Notes under the pieces: generated by a model | Told to the model about the DNA's origin: nothing | Databases searched by the model: none | What the model saw: only the letters and a program-made list of their open reading frames with translations | Position numbers and translations under genes: made by a program | Assembly (NCBI GenBank): GCA_965279305.1 | Contig: OZ257143.1 | Span: 1,770,001-1,802,000, forward strand | Length of the DNA stretch: 32,000 bases | Source of the DNA: Gammaproteobacteria bacterium | GTDB taxonomy: Bacteria > Pseudomonadota > Gammaproteobacteria > JBIOEC01 | Direction of reading: 5' to 3' | In this document: piece after piece, positions 1 to 16,522 of the stretch | Layout of the letters: each line of letters starts with the position of its first letter | How positions within the stretch are numbered: the stretch's first letter is position 1

Positions 1-39
1 ACTCCTATAACACCGGCACCTACTGCAGCTCCAGCGTAA
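1..39 (+). CDS. 3' end of an upstream CDS (5'-truncated by window edge); hypothetical protein with Pro/Thr/Ala-rich C-terminus
   Basis: Frame 1 reads TPITPAPTAAPA then TAA at 37-39. The composition resembles the C-terminal tail of the F-box protein at 21017-23782. Only 12 codons are visible. Confidence 0.35.
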   Translation, partial: TPITPAPTAAPA

Positions 40-63
40 TAGATTTAAATAGAAGACAATAAT

Positions 64-1137
64 ATGAAAGATACAATTGGTTTAGACGTTGGCCTAGTTG
101 AGATAAATGCCACAGAAGAAAACGGCTCAAATAATGCTTTTAGTGATTATGCTTCTCTCGATGAAAGATTCCGAGGAGTTAATAATGATAAATCAGAATA
201 CCTAAGGGATCTGATCAATTATTTTACTCCAAAATCACGAAACAAGGCGGCAGCTGCTTTTCTAGTAGAACTTATTGACAAGAAAAACGATAACTTTCTT
301 AAACAAGCACGCCAAAATATCTTTTTTATTTTTGATTTAACCGAGAAAAATGGATTAACGAAAAGCTTTGAAGAGGCTTTCTTATTTCTATTAAAGAAAA
401 TTCCAGAAACAGAATTCACACCTAAAGAAATCTTAAGCATTCTTAAAAAGCTTTCTGAGTTTATCAATCATTTACAATCTATTTATAGCCAGTCTAATGT
501 CAATCAAAAATGTATTGATACCATTACAGATGCGTTTTATCAACTAAAAATTAAAGTAGTTAATAACGACAATACCGATATCGTTTCGGAAATGATCCGT
601 GAAATTCAACAGGAAGCTGAATCAAAAAAAGATGCGAAACAAAAAACAGCTTTAATCAATACGATGATAAACGATAGTTTATATACGCTCAGCGTATTAT
701 CATGGACATACGAAGGAAACGAAACAGATAGAATCATACAGAATGCTCGAACTGAAATATGCACCAAAATAAAAGATGTTATAAATAAGTATATGGGGTC
801 AAGTTTTTGTTTACAGGCTTTATATTCGAGAGCTTCTTTTAATTTATTAGATGAGGGGCATCAAAGTGTTATGATCCATATGGCCACGATTTCTCCTGAT
901 CAGTTTAAAAAATTAATTGGGTTTTTAAATGAACTAAAATCAAGCGATCTGATCTCTATACATCGTACTCCTTTCTTTGAAAGATTTCATATTGGTCATA
1001 CTACTGCGTCCACAAAAATTGGGGAAATAATTGAAGCACTTGAATTTGGCCACCAAAATTTTGGCAGAAAATATTTAGTATCTGAACAAGCTCCAGTAAC
1101 TCCAATACCATCTATTCTTTTTTTAGTTCCCCCATAA
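64..1137 (+). CDS. hypothetical protein, 357 aa, no recognisable domain (candidate lineage-specific or effector-like protein)
   Basis: Long uninterrupted ORF starting 24 nt after the preceding stop. The protein is K/N/I/E-rich and looks predominantly helical. I recognise no catalytic or family motif. No obvious Shine-Dalgarno sequence. Confidence 0.6.
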   Translation: MKDTIGLDVGLVEINATEENGSNNAFSDYASLDERFRGVNNDKSEYLRDLINYFTPKSRNKAAAAFLVELIDKKNDNFLKQARQNIFFIFDLTEKNGLTKSFEEAFLFLLKKIPETEFTPKEILSILKKLSEFINHLQSIYSQSNVNQKCIDTITDAFYQLKIKVVNNDNTDIVSEMIREIQQEAESKKDAKQKTALINTMINDSLYTLSVLSWTYEGNETDRIIQNARTEICTKIKDVINKYMGSSFCLQALYSRASFNLLDEGHQSVMIHMATISPDQFKKLIGFLNELKSSDLISIHRTPFFERFHIGHTTASTKIGEIIEALEFGHQNFGRKYLVSEQAPVTPIPSILFLVPP

Positions 1138-1152
1138 TTTATGGTTTCCATG

Positions 1153-2163
1153 TTATAACCCTCGCAAAATATCTTTGACTAAACCAGGTCCTTTGTAAAT
1201 AAGCCCGGTATAAATTTGAATCAGATCAGCACCTGCATTAATACGCTCTTTAGCATCTTGGGCAGACATAATGCCACCTACTCCAATAATAGGAAAACCT
1301 TCACCTAATTCTTGGCGTAAAATACTCACCACATAATTCGCTTTTTCAGTTAGCGGTCTCCCGCTTAATCCGCCCTCTTCTTTTCCATTAGGTAACTCTA
1401 TTACTTTAGAATGATCGATGGTAGTGTTAGTAGCAATCACACCGTCAATTTGCCAATATCTAAGTTGATCGGCAAGCCATTTAATATCAATTTCGCCTAA
1501 ATCTGGCGCAATTTTAACAAGCAAAGGTTTATAAACACCTGTTTCTTCGGCAAGCGATTGTTGCTCTTGTTTTAATTTTTCGAGTAATTCAATCAACGCA
1601 TCACCATGCTGCATTTCACGCAGGTGTTTGGTATTGGGTGAAGAAATATTGATAGTAATATAATCAGCGAAAGCATACGCTTTTTTCAAACCCATTACAT
1701 AATCACTCACCGCATTTTCTGGGCTAGTGTTCGCATTTTTTCCAATATTAATGCCAATTTTGGCAGAAGGTCTAGTACGAGTTTCTAATTGATTAATCAG
1801 ATGATCAATTCCTTTATTATTAAAGCCTAAACGGTTGATAAGTGCTTCTGCTTTAGGAATTCTAAATAAGCGGGGTTTAGCATTGCCTAATTGAGGGAAA
1901 GGAGTGACTGTGCCTAATTCAATAAAACCAAATCCTAACTGATCAAGCCCCGTAAAATAATCGCCATTTTTATCGAGTCCCGCGGCTACACCTAACCGAT
2001 TCGAAAAATTCATGCCTAACAACGACACTTTCTTTTTAGATTCAGGCGGCCTTTTCCAAAGATGTGCTTTCGCTAATGCATTTAAACTTCGCAAGGTAAA
2101 ACGATGCGCCACTTCTGGCGGCATCCTAAACAACACATAACGAAGAAGTGAATAATAATCCAT
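1153..2163 (-). CDS. pyrD: dihydroorotate dehydrogenase (quinone), class 2
   Basis: 336 aa. The N-terminal membrane-association helix region (MDYYSLLRYVLFRMPPEVAHRFTL) and the GFGFIELGTVTP, NRLGFNNKG and NISSPNT motifs are typical of class 2 PyrD. Confidence 0.93.
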   Translation of the reverse strand: MDYYSLLRYVLFRMPPEVAHRFTLRSLNALAKAHLWKRPPESKKKVSLLGMNFSNRLGVAAGLDKNGDYFTGLDQLGFGFIELGTVTPFPQLGNAKPRLFRIPKAEALINRLGFNNKGIDHLINQLETRTRPSAKIGINIGKNANTSPENAVSDYVMGLKKAYAFADYITINISSPNTKHLREMQHGDALIELLEKLKQEQQSLAEETGVYKPLLVKIAPDLGEIDIKWLADQLRYWQIDGVIATNTTIDHSKVIELPNGKEEGGLSGRPLTEKANYVVSILRQELGEGFPIIGVGGIMSAQDAKERINAGADLIQIYTGLIYKGPGLVKDILRGL

Positions 2164-2229
2164 GAAAATGTCACGTCCTTTTGATATGGATTGCTTCGCC
2201 CCCTAACAAAGGGGCCTCGCAATGACGGG

Positions 2230-5200
2230 CTATTTTTTTCCGATCTTTCTTATTGACGCCTGAGCCAAATCTAACAACTCACGCAGAGCCACGGTAAACA
2301 TCGTAAACTCTTTGGCTTTAGTTGTTTTCAAATCAGATAAAATCATTTCCCAACGCTCAATCATGGCATGATGATCGACCATCCATGCTTCCGTACGAGA
2401 ATGAATATCTTCTTTAGCAGCAGGATAACGCATTACAGCCATTGTGATAGTGCGTTGTTGACGATCCAAATCATCTTTACATGCTGCACGCGCTAATGCA
2501 TCCCAGGTGTTTGCTACTAAATGCTTATCTAATTCCTCGCGGAACCAATCGAGTTTCAAGCGCTCCCCGATAGAGAAATAAGCTTCCGCCACTTGTAATA
2601 ACGGTAATTTACCAATATCAGCGGCTTCCATAATATCTAACGCAGAAATCATAGGATTTGCTGAGGCAACACGTAATGCCGTGGCTTCAGGAACACCGGC
2701 CGCCATATAATGTTCTAAATTACGTTTCAAGTGCGTTTTATCTAAGCCTGTTACCAATTTAGGGATCGCTTTTTCTAGGCTAACCATTTGTGGTTTTAGC
2801 GCAGCTACTAATGCAGCAATATCTAAGTCTAAACGTCTGTTACGTACAAACCAACGAGTTCCACGACGTACCAAACGAATAATATCCGTCATCATTTGCT
2901 TTTGTACATTACTAGCTACTTTATAATCCAGAGCTTCAATTAAATCGAAGATTTCTCGTAAAGAGAATACTTCTCTAGACACCACAAATCCTCTGGCTAT
3001 TTCAGGCGCAGAAGCACCGGTTTCATCATAAAGTCTGGTAATAAAGGTAGGACCCACTTCATTACAAATAGCATTGGCTAAATGGGTTGAGATTAACTCT
3101 CGTTTCAATTTATGCTTATCTAAATATTTGGCATACTTCACACCCAAATTACCTAAGAATTCGGCATGTAGTTTTTCGGTCAGATAATCATCTTCAGGAA
3201 CGACCGAGTTTAATAGCTGCTCTTTCAAATACATTTTGGCATAAGCGACCAAAATGGAAATTTCAGGGCGTGTTAAACCGATACCATTGGCTTTACGTTG
3301 CGCTAATTGCTCAGCGTTAGGTAAAAACTCTAAGGCTCTATCTAAACGTCCCCAGCGCTCCATCGTATCGATAAAACGAATATTTTCATCGATAGTGCGT
3401 TTAGCTCTAGATTCTGCAAAGCTGATAGCTTGTGTTTGCTGATAATTATCACGTAACACTTGCTCAGATACTTCATCTGTCATATCTACTAATAAAGCAT
3501 TGCGTTGTTTTTCTGTCATTTCATTGGCAACCACAATACTATTTAACAGAATCTTCAGGTTAACTTCATGATCTGAACAATCTACACCACCTGAATTGTC
3601 TACGAAATCAGTATAACAAATACCACCACGAAGTGAATATTCCACACGACCTAGTTGAGTAAAGCCTAAATTACCGCCCTCACCCACCACTCGACAACGT
3701 AAATCTTTACCATTTACACGCACCGCATCGTTAGAACGATCGCCTACATCCGCATCTCTTTCAGAAAACGCTTTTACGTAGGTTCCAATACCACCATTCC
3801 ACAATAAATCGACAGGAGCGGTTAAAATAGCTTTCACTAACTCCGTAGGAACTACCGATTCTTTGCTTATTTTTAAGGCTTTTTGCACTTCTTTTGAAAG
3901 CTTAATGGATTTTTCAGAGCGGCTAAAAACACCGCCGCCTTTAGAAATCAATTTTTTATCATAATCGTCCCAAGAAGAACGGGGTAAATCAAACATTCTT
4001 TTACGTTCTTTGAAACTGGTTTGAGGATCCGGATCCGGATCTAAGAAAATATGACGATGATCAAACGCGGCGATTAATTTGATATGTTTAGATAAAAGCA
4101 TACCATTACCAAATACGTCACCACTCATATCACCCACGCCAACCACGGTAAAGTCTTGAGCCTGAACATCCATGCCCAATTCTCTAAAGTGTCGGCTAAC
4201 CGATACCCAAGCGCCTTTAGCAGTAATACCCATTTTCTTATGGTCATATCCTGCACTACCACCTGAAGCAAAAGCATCGCCTAACCAAAAATTATATTTG
4301 GCAGCAATCGCATTAGCAGTATCTGAGAAAGTTGCAGTACCTTTATCGGCTGCTACTACTAAATATGGATCGTTATCATCGCGACGTACTACACGTAAAG
4401 GCGGAATGACTTTTTCACCATCTAAATTATCGGTAATATCTAAAAGTGCGCTGATAAAAGTAGAATAACAAGAAACTACTTCTTTCATCACTTCATCACG
4501 ATTTACATCGGTGGGTAAGCGTTTACATACAAAACCACCTTTAGCGCCAGCAGGAACAATAATACTGTTTTTCACTTGTTGGGCTTTCATTAAACCTAAC
4601 ACTTCTGTGCGGAAATCTTCTTGGCGATCAGACCAACGTAAACCACCACGCGCCACTTTAGAGCTACGTAAATGCACACCTTCTACACGAGGTGAATAAA
4701 CAAAGATTTCATACAAAGGAAGAGGCAAAGGCATATCAGGGACTAAAGCGCTCTTTATTTTAAATGACAAATAAGATTTATAATTGCCCTCTTCGGTCAG
4801 TTGATAAAAATTGGTACGCATGGTGGCGGCCATCACACTTAAATAACGACGTAAAATACGATCTTCATCTAAGCTAGACACATTATCCAACGCGTGTAAA
4901 ATAGCATTACTTTTTTCAGTTATTTTCGCTTCACTAACCGCTTTTTGTTCAGGATTGAAATAGGATTCAAACAAATCAATCAGCATACCCGTAATAGCAG
5001 CATGTTTTGCCAATGCTTGTTCGATATAGGTTTGGCTAAAAGCAACACCAATTTGACGAAAATATTTAGCATAAGCACGTAATACATTTACTTGGCGCCA
5101 GGTTAATCCAGCGTTTAATACCAGCTTATTAAAACCGTCATTTTCAATATTGCCAGCCCAGGCTTGTGCAAACGCTTCTTGGAAAACTTGCTGTACATTT

Positions 5201-7107
5201 TCTACATCAATAGTTTCTGTTTGTGGATGTTGCATAGCAAAATCGCTAATCCACATAGGGCGGCCATTAGAAGGATTTATTTGATAAGATGCTTCGGTAA
5301 TCACTTTTAGTCCCATATTTTCCAGCATGGGTAAAATATCAGATAAAGGTAATGAGTGATGCACATTATATAATTTAAGGTTTAAGATTTTAGGATTTTC
5401 TTCTGAACGATAAAAACTCATACCTAAAGGATTTTCTTCACTTAATATTTCTAAGTTTTCGATATCAAATACAGCAATCGGTGCTGAATACGTTTCACGA
5501 TAACCAGCTGGAAATGCCCGGCAGTATTTATTTAAAAGAAAACGGCCATCTTTGTCGCCTGCTTTTTCAACTAAGGTATCTTTTAAATCATCTTCCCAGG
5601 TTCTGCTAGCTTGAACCAATACGTCTTGTAATGCTTTGGTGTCATAAGGAATTTCAGGAGAATCAGGCGGCAATAAAATAATAAAATGAATACGCGCCAA
5701 CATGGATTCCGACACGCGAGTTTGAAAAGACACAGAGGAGCCTTTAAATGCATCCATTAAGATCTCGCCCATACGGTAGCGTAGATCGGATGTAAATATT
5801 TCTCTAGGCACATAAACTAAGCAAGAGAAAAAGCGATTACCAAAATCTCTTCTTACAAATAAACGTACGCGAGGACGTTCTTGCATATGCATAATACCAA
5901 TCACGTTTTCATATAGCTCATCTTCGTCGGCTTGAAATAATTCATCACGAGGATATGTAGCTAAAATATTTAGTAGTTCTTTTCCAGAATGTTCTCTTAA
6001 AGATAAAGCAGAGCGTTTAATAATATGTTTTACTTTTAAACGAAGCACAGGGATAGCTTGCACATCGCTATTATAAGCAGCAGAGGTAAACAAACCAACG
6101 AAGCGGATCTTTCCTATAGTTTTTCCATTTTCATCTACACGGCGTATTCCAATGCTATAAGGCGCTGTTGGACGATGAACGGTAGAAGGATGAATTAAAC
6201 GACGAATAAGCAATAAGCTTTCAGATACGACTTTAGATTCAATTTTGATGGGAATATCTTTCAACCATTCTGGCTTAGCCAATTTACCAGCATCTCTTAG
6301 CAGTCCTAAGCCTGTTTTAGGCTGAGGTTCAAGATTCAAAAATTTACCTTCATGTTTTAAGGTATACTCGCAACTTCCCAAAAAGGTGAAATTACCACTC
6401 GCTAGCCAATCGATAAAATCAATCACTTCTTGGCATTCTTCGGTGCTGGTATTATTAAAATGAGAACTTCTTAAAAGCTGAACCACTTTATTTGCTTCTT
6501 CTGTCATTGGCTGCCAGTCTTTAACGACTAGCTCTACATCTCGCAGCACGTGGCTTAATTCGTTTTCAATTGCATCTAATACTTGCTGATCCAATTGTTG
6601 ATCAATTTCAGCATGAACAATGGCTTCATTTATTTCTCTAGCATTTTTACCATTCGTATTTTTTTCATTAGCAGCCGCATCTACGCTCACTAATTTGCCT
6701 TTTTCATCTCGAACCACTGACAATACAGGAGGACTAATCAGCAAACGTACATTAAATCCTTTGTGAATAAGTGTCATTCGAACGGAATCCACCAAAAAGG
6801 GATGGTCATCCATAATCACTTCAACAATAGTATTTCCGTTTTGCCATTTATCTTTCTTTAGCTCAGGATTAAATACACGAATTTTTACTTCGCCAGGTTT
6901 ACGCTCATTCAAAAATTCCCAGCTGGAGATCACAGCGCCAGAAAGATCAGCAGGATTAAATTCTTTTAGATCATCTTCTGAAACAACACTATAGTATTGC
7001 TCTACAAAATTATCCGCCTCTTTGGCCATCTTGCCAGAGACTTTTTTATGCATCTCATCGTTAATTTTTCCAATGATCTGGTCACGGAATGAGTGTTTTC
7101 CTGGCAT
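2230..7107 (-). CDS. gdhB: NAD-specific glutamate dehydrogenase, large (about 180 kDa) bacterial class
   Basis: 1625-aa single ORF. The size and the central catalytic region (KGGLRWSDRQEDFRTEVLGLMKAQQVKNSIIVPAGAKGGF; GDMSGDVFGNGML) match the large Bac_GDH family exemplified by Pseudomonas GdhB. An AGGAGAG RBS precedes the ATG. Confidence 0.92.
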   Translation of the reverse strand: MPGKHSFRDQIIGKINDEMHKKVSGKMAKEADNFVEQYYSVVSEDDLKEFNPADLSGAVISSWEFLNERKPGEVKIRVFNPELKKDKWQNGNTIVEVIMDDHPFLVDSVRMTLIHKGFNVRLLISPPVLSVVRDEKGKLVSVDAAANEKNTNGKNAREINEAIVHAEIDQQLDQQVLDAIENELSHVLRDVELVVKDWQPMTEEANKVVQLLRSSHFNNTSTEECQEVIDFIDWLASGNFTFLGSCEYTLKHEGKFLNLEPQPKTGLGLLRDAGKLAKPEWLKDIPIKIESKVVSESLLLIRRLIHPSTVHRPTAPYSIGIRRVDENGKTIGKIRFVGLFTSAAYNSDVQAIPVLRLKVKHIIKRSALSLREHSGKELLNILATYPRDELFQADEDELYENVIGIMHMQERPRVRLFVRRDFGNRFFSCLVYVPREIFTSDLRYRMGEILMDAFKGSSVSFQTRVSESMLARIHFIILLPPDSPEIPYDTKALQDVLVQASRTWEDDLKDTLVEKAGDKDGRFLLNKYCRAFPAGYRETYSAPIAVFDIENLEILSEENPLGMSFYRSEENPKILNLKLYNVHHSLPLSDILPMLENMGLKVITEASYQINPSNGRPMWISDFAMQHPQTETIDVENVQQVFQEAFAQAWAGNIENDGFNKLVLNAGLTWRQVNVLRAYAKYFRQIGVAFSQTYIEQALAKHAAITGMLIDLFESYFNPEQKAVSEAKITEKSNAILHALDNVSSLDEDRILRRYLSVMAATMRTNFYQLTEEGNYKSYLSFKIKSALVPDMPLPLPLYEIFVYSPRVEGVHLRSSKVARGGLRWSDRQEDFRTEVLGLMKAQQVKNSIIVPAGAKGGFVCKRLPTDVNRDEVMKEVVSCYSTFISALLDITDNLDGEKVIPPLRVVRRDDNDPYLVVAADKGTATFSDTANAIAAKYNFWLGDAFASGGSAGYDHKKMGITAKGAWVSVSRHFRELGMDVQAQDFTVVGVGDMSGDVFGNGMLLSKHIKLIAAFDHRHIFLDPDPDPQTSFKERKRMFDLPRSSWDDYDKKLISKGGGVFSRSEKSIKLSKEVQKALKISKESVVPTELVKAILTAPVDLLWNGGIGTYVKAFSERDADVGDRSNDAVRVNGKDLRCRVVGEGGNLGFTQLGRVEYSLRGGICYTDFVDNSGGVDCSDHEVNLKILLNSIVVANEMTEKQRNALLVDMTDEVSEQVLRDNYQQTQAISFAESRAKRTIDENIRFIDTMERWGRLDRALEFLPNAEQLAQRKANGIGLTRPEISILVAYAKMYLKEQLLNSVVPEDDYLTEKLHAEFLGNLGVKYAKYLDKHKLKRELISTHLANAICNEVGPTFITRLYDETGASAPEIARGFVVSREVFSLREIFDLIEALDYKVASNVQKQMMTDIIRLVRRGTRWFVRNRRLDLDIAALVAALKPQMVSLEKAIPKLVTGLDKTHLKRNLEHYMAAGVPEATALRVASANPMISALDIMEAADIGKLPLLQVAEAYFSIGERLKLDWFREELDKHLVANTWDALARAACKDDLDRQQRTITMAVMRYPAAKEDIHSRTEAWMVDHHAMIERWEMILSDLKTTKAKEFTMFTVALRELLDLAQASIRKIGKK

Positions 7108-7200
7108 AAATCTCTCCTAACTACAATTTTTTATATTCGGTATGGGCTACCTTTTAAGATAGCATATTATACCCCTTAGACCTTAGACTAACAAACACCT

Positions 7201-12699
<5,499 letters not shown>

Positions 12700-12772
12700 C
12701 GCTTCTTCTCCTACTTTAGGGCTCATTAAGTGAGCTTATTATTATCATACCCCTTCAGCTTATTGTATTGGT

Positions 12773-15700
12773 TTATCCAACCAACGTCGCTGCTTCATCC
12801 ATGCTAACAGAAACTAAACGTGAGACACCCGGTTCACGCATTGTAACCCCAGTTAAATGATCCGCCATTTCCATGGTGATCTTATTATGGGTAATTACAA
12901 TAAATTGCACATACTTAGACATTTGTTTAACCAAGTTACAATAACGCCCTACGTTAGCATCATCAAGAGGAGCGTCAACTTCATCCAACATACAGAAAGG
13001 AGAAGGTTGCAATCTGAAGAAAGAGAAAACCAATGCAATAGCGGTTAGTGCTTTCTCTCCACCCGATAACAAATGAATACTGCTATTTTTCTTGCCAGGA
13101 GGACGCGCAATAATACGTACCCCAGCATTTAAGATATCGTCTTCTGTTAATTCTAAATAAGCTTCGCCACCTGAGAATATTTGCGGGAATAATTCCGCTA
13201 AATGCTGATTAATAGTGGTGTAGGTTTGCTTAAAGCTTAATCGTGTTTCTTGATCAATTTTTTGAATCGCTTCTTCTAATGTAGTTAACGCTTGTAAAAC
13301 GTCGTCATGCTGACTATCTAAATATTGCTTACGCTCTGAGCTGGTTGCGTATTCTTCTATAGCGGCTAAGTTAATGGCACCTAAACGCTTAATACGTTGG
13401 CCTATTGCTTCTAATTCTATCGCCCACTCTGATTCATTCGCATGTTCAGGAAGGCTTGCAATCACTTCTGATAAATCGGCTTCTAATGCAGCCAATTGTT
13501 CAACAATAGTGGTGCAACGAGCTTCTGATGTGGCTAAAGCTAAACGACCTGTTTCCACATCATTTCGTGCTCTATCCATCGCTTGAGTTTGCGTGACCTG
13601 TAACTGCTCTAAATCTCGTAATTCTTTTTCAATTTCAGCCAGTTTGTCGCGAGTATCAGCTAAATATTGTTGTTTTTCTACTTTAAGCGTTAATGCTTCT
13701 GTAATTTTTTGATCAGCCGTTTCTAAAGGTTCTGCAATAGTTCCTAACTGATCTTTTATTTGTTGTTGTCTGTGTGATAAATCACTGACCTGCTGCTGAA
13801 TTCTAGCTAAACTCGCACGAGCAGCATTTAATTCACTGGTTAAGGTGTTAATCGTTACGGTTAAACGATGTAATTGATCGCGCTGCGTATCTAAAGCGGT
13901 TCGCGCTTTACGCACTTCTTCATGCTCTACTTCACGATCATGCGATAAGCTATTTTGTTTTGCCAAGGTTTGATCCAATTGATCACGGTTAGTAATCAAC
14001 TCTTCTTGCCATTGTTGCAAACGAGTTTCGGTGCTATCAATTTGCTGCTCTAATTGATTTAATTCTTGCGTAATGGTTTGCTCGCGATGTTGCTGATGTT
14101 TAATTCTTGAATTAATTTCTTGTATACCCGCTTGTTGTTTACTCTGATCACGCTGATGTTGCTGGTAGGCTTCACGCAACGCTTCTCTTTCTTTATCTAA
14201 AGAAAGCACTTGTTGCTCGCCTTCTTGTAAGCGTGCAGCCAGATCTTCTACCTCTTTATTAATTTGAGAAATACGCTGATTTAAATCAGTTAATGATTGC
14301 TGTCTGGCAATCACACCATCTTTAGCCGCATCCGGTTGATATACACGCAACCAATCTTGTCCTAACCAAACCCCTTCTGGAGTCACAATCGATTCTTGCC
14401 CCGATAATTGATCTCGCCATGATAATGCTGTAGTTAAATCAGGAGCACAATAAATATCGGCTACTAAACCGTGAAGCGCCCATTGAGTTTCAATATGATC
14501 GCGTAATGTTTTCCAGCCAGAATGATTATTGCTTGCTGCACTGGTTTTTCCAGTGGGGAAATACATGCTTAATTGGCCAGGCAATGTTGTGCTTTGAGAT
14601 AAACTTTCTAATTTTTCTAATACCACTGCCGGTAAAAATTCTTTTAACACAAATTCAACTGCTAGCTCCCAACCTGAAGTCACCTTCAAACCTTGAGCTA
14701 AACGAGGATACTCCAACATTTTTTGTTGTTCTAACCAAGAAGTCAGCGATTTATTATCATGACCCAATGCTGCTTTTTGTAACGCTTCTAATGAAGCATG
14801 TTGGCCTTGCGATTGCTGCAATACAACACGATTTTCATGAAGTTTTTGACGATTTTCATTATTAGTGTTTTTTTGATGTGTTAACGCTTCCGATTTTTCA
14901 TCAATATGTTTCAATAATTCTTCATGACGGGCAGAGCCTTCATTAAACAATTTTTCTAATTGTTCACGCTCAGAAATTAATTCTTGTATATTCAGCTTTT
15001 CTTGCTCTTCTTTCAGCCTATCCATGCGTAGCTTATAATCAGCTGACTGATCTTGCGCATGCTTAACTTGAACTCTTAATAACTCTGTGTTTTTTTGCTG
15101 TAATGCTAATGCTTGTTGCAACTCATCCCATTGACGCTGCCATTTCGCTAATGACTCTTCTGCTTTTTGTAATGCTTCTTGAGCCACCGTTAATTTTTCT
15201 TGCTCTTGGGCTAGCAAAGGAGTGTTTTCAGCTAAGGCTTCTTCATAGCGTTGAATACTTTGAGTATCTGTCAGCGTTAACGCTTGTGCTGTTTGGTATT
15301 GTTGTTGAGCTTCTGATAAATCATTTTCTAATGAATTTTTACGTTGCTTAAGATGATTGATCTCTTGCTCTATACGACTCACTTCAGCGCTAGCTGAATA
15401 GTATTCTGCTTGGCGATCTTGTACTTGTTCGTTTTGATTACTGTAAGTCACGCGAATTTGTTCTATTTGCGAAACGGTATGAGTTTGCTCAGCCGCGCTT
15501 TTTTCATAAGCTACTGCTAATTGATTTACTTTTTGCTTTTGCTCTTCAATTTTTTTGTTAAGTTCTTGAAAACGTAAAGCATGAAGTTGAGTATTATATT
15601 GATGCTCTTCTGTTTTATATTCTTTATATTTTTCAGCGGCTTTAGATTGGCGTTGTAAACGCTCTAATTGATTGCCCAACTCTTCGCGCAAATCAGATAA

Positions 15701-16279
15701 TCGCGCCAAATTGGTTCTGGTATGTTCAATACGTAATTCAGTTTCTCTACGACGATCTTTGTATTTGGTGATCCCAGCGGCTTCTTCTAAGTAAACGCGC
15801 AGTTCTTCAGGTTTCGCTTCGATTAAGCGAGAAATCATACCTTGTTCAATAATGGCATAACTGCGGGGGCCTAAGCCGGTACCACGGAAAATATCCGTAA
15901 TATCACGACGACGGCAACGAGTATTATTTAAATAGTAGATGGATTGTCCGTCACGATTCACTACGCGACGTAAGGCGATTTCATTATATTGAGCGTATTC
16001 TCCACCCAATTTGCCATCAGAGTTATCAAATGCGAGTTCTACGCTGGCTTGTCCTACTGGAGCACGCCCGCCTGATCCGTTAAAAATAACGTCGGCAATC
16101 GATTCTCCGCGCAAATGCTTGGCAGAAGACTCACCCATTACCCAGCGAACCGCATCAATAATATTAGACTTACCACAACCATTAGGGCCTACAACGCCCG
16201 ATAGCTGGCCTGGAAAGCTTACCTGGGTAGGATCAACAAAGGATTTAAACCCTGAGAGTTGTATATGTTTAAGGCGCAT
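12773..16279 (-). CDS. smc: chromosome partition protein Smc
   Basis: Walker A GPNGCGKSN, a long Q/E/L-rich coiled coil with a central hinge, the ABC signature LSGGEKALTAIAL, and Walker B FCMLDEVDAPLD. I chose the ATG at 16279 (MRLKHIQLSGFKSF, the canonical SMC N-terminus). The ORF track extends 8 codons further to a GTG at 16303. Confidence 0.93.
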   Translation of the reverse strand: MRLKHIQLSGFKSFVDPTQVSFPGQLSGVVGPNGCGKSNIIDAVRWVMGESSAKHLRGESIADVIFNGSGGRAPVGQASVELAFDNSDGKLGGEYAQYNEIALRRVVNRDGQSIYYLNNTRCRRRDITDIFRGTGLGPRSYAIIEQGMISRLIEAKPEELRVYLEEAAGITKYKDRRRETELRIEHTRTNLARLSDLREELGNQLERLQRQSKAAEKYKEYKTEEHQYNTQLHALRFQELNKKIEEQKQKVNQLAVAYEKSAAEQTHTVSQIEQIRVTYSNQNEQVQDRQAEYYSASAEVSRIEQEINHLKQRKNSLENDLSEAQQQYQTAQALTLTDTQSIQRYEEALAENTPLLAQEQEKLTVAQEALQKAEESLAKWQRQWDELQQALALQQKNTELLRVQVKHAQDQSADYKLRMDRLKEEQEKLNIQELISEREQLEKLFNEGSARHEELLKHIDEKSEALTHQKNTNNENRQKLHENRVVLQQSQGQHASLEALQKAALGHDNKSLTSWLEQQKMLEYPRLAQGLKVTSGWELAVEFVLKEFLPAVVLEKLESLSQSTTLPGQLSMYFPTGKTSAASNNHSGWKTLRDHIETQWALHGLVADIYCAPDLTTALSWRDQLSGQESIVTPEGVWLGQDWLRVYQPDAAKDGVIARQQSLTDLNQRISQINKEVEDLAARLQEGEQQVLSLDKEREALREAYQQHQRDQSKQQAGIQEINSRIKHQQHREQTITQELNQLEQQIDSTETRLQQWQEELITNRDQLDQTLAKQNSLSHDREVEHEEVRKARTALDTQRDQLHRLTVTINTLTSELNAARASLARIQQQVSDLSHRQQQIKDQLGTIAEPLETADQKITEALTLKVEKQQYLADTRDKLAEIEKELRDLEQLQVTQTQAMDRARNDVETGRLALATSEARCTTIVEQLAALEADLSEVIASLPEHANESEWAIELEAIGQRIKRLGAINLAAIEEYATSSERKQYLDSQHDDVLQALTTLEEAIQKIDQETRLSFKQTYTTINQHLAELFPQIFSGGEAYLELTEDDILNAGVRIIARPPGKKNSSIHLLSGGEKALTAIALVFSFFRLQPSPFCMLDEVDAPLDDANVGRYCNLVKQMSKYVQFIVITHNKITMEMADHLTGVTMREPGVSRLVSVSMDEAATLVG

Positions 16280-16522
16280 AGTTAAGTACTTGTAAGTCGT
16301 CACCCTTAAAGGGAACTAACCCCTTACTGCTGTGGGGCACCTATGACTCCAAATTATAACATGGCATCTATACGATATATAGTGTTTCTGTGATAGATTA
16401 AACCGAGTTTTAAGGGTAAACAAAATTAGTTGGTCGGCTTATATCGAGATAGCCAAGAAACCAAGGAAAAATACCCCAGATTGGCATTTAGCCGCTGTCA
16501 CCTCGCTTGAGTCTTTAGGCAT

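Noticed and set aside
2185-2222. Interrupted hairpin ATTGC-nnn-GCCCC...GGGGC-nnn-GCAAT between gdhB and pyrD
   Set aside because: It could be a weak terminator, an attenuator or a REP-like element. It lacks a U-tract, is short, and has no second copy in this window to support a repeat family.
13600-15700. Q/E/L-rich low-complexity stretch that looks repeat-like
   Set aside because: It is the heptad-patterned coiled-coil arm of SMC. I saw no nucleotide-level tandem repetition.
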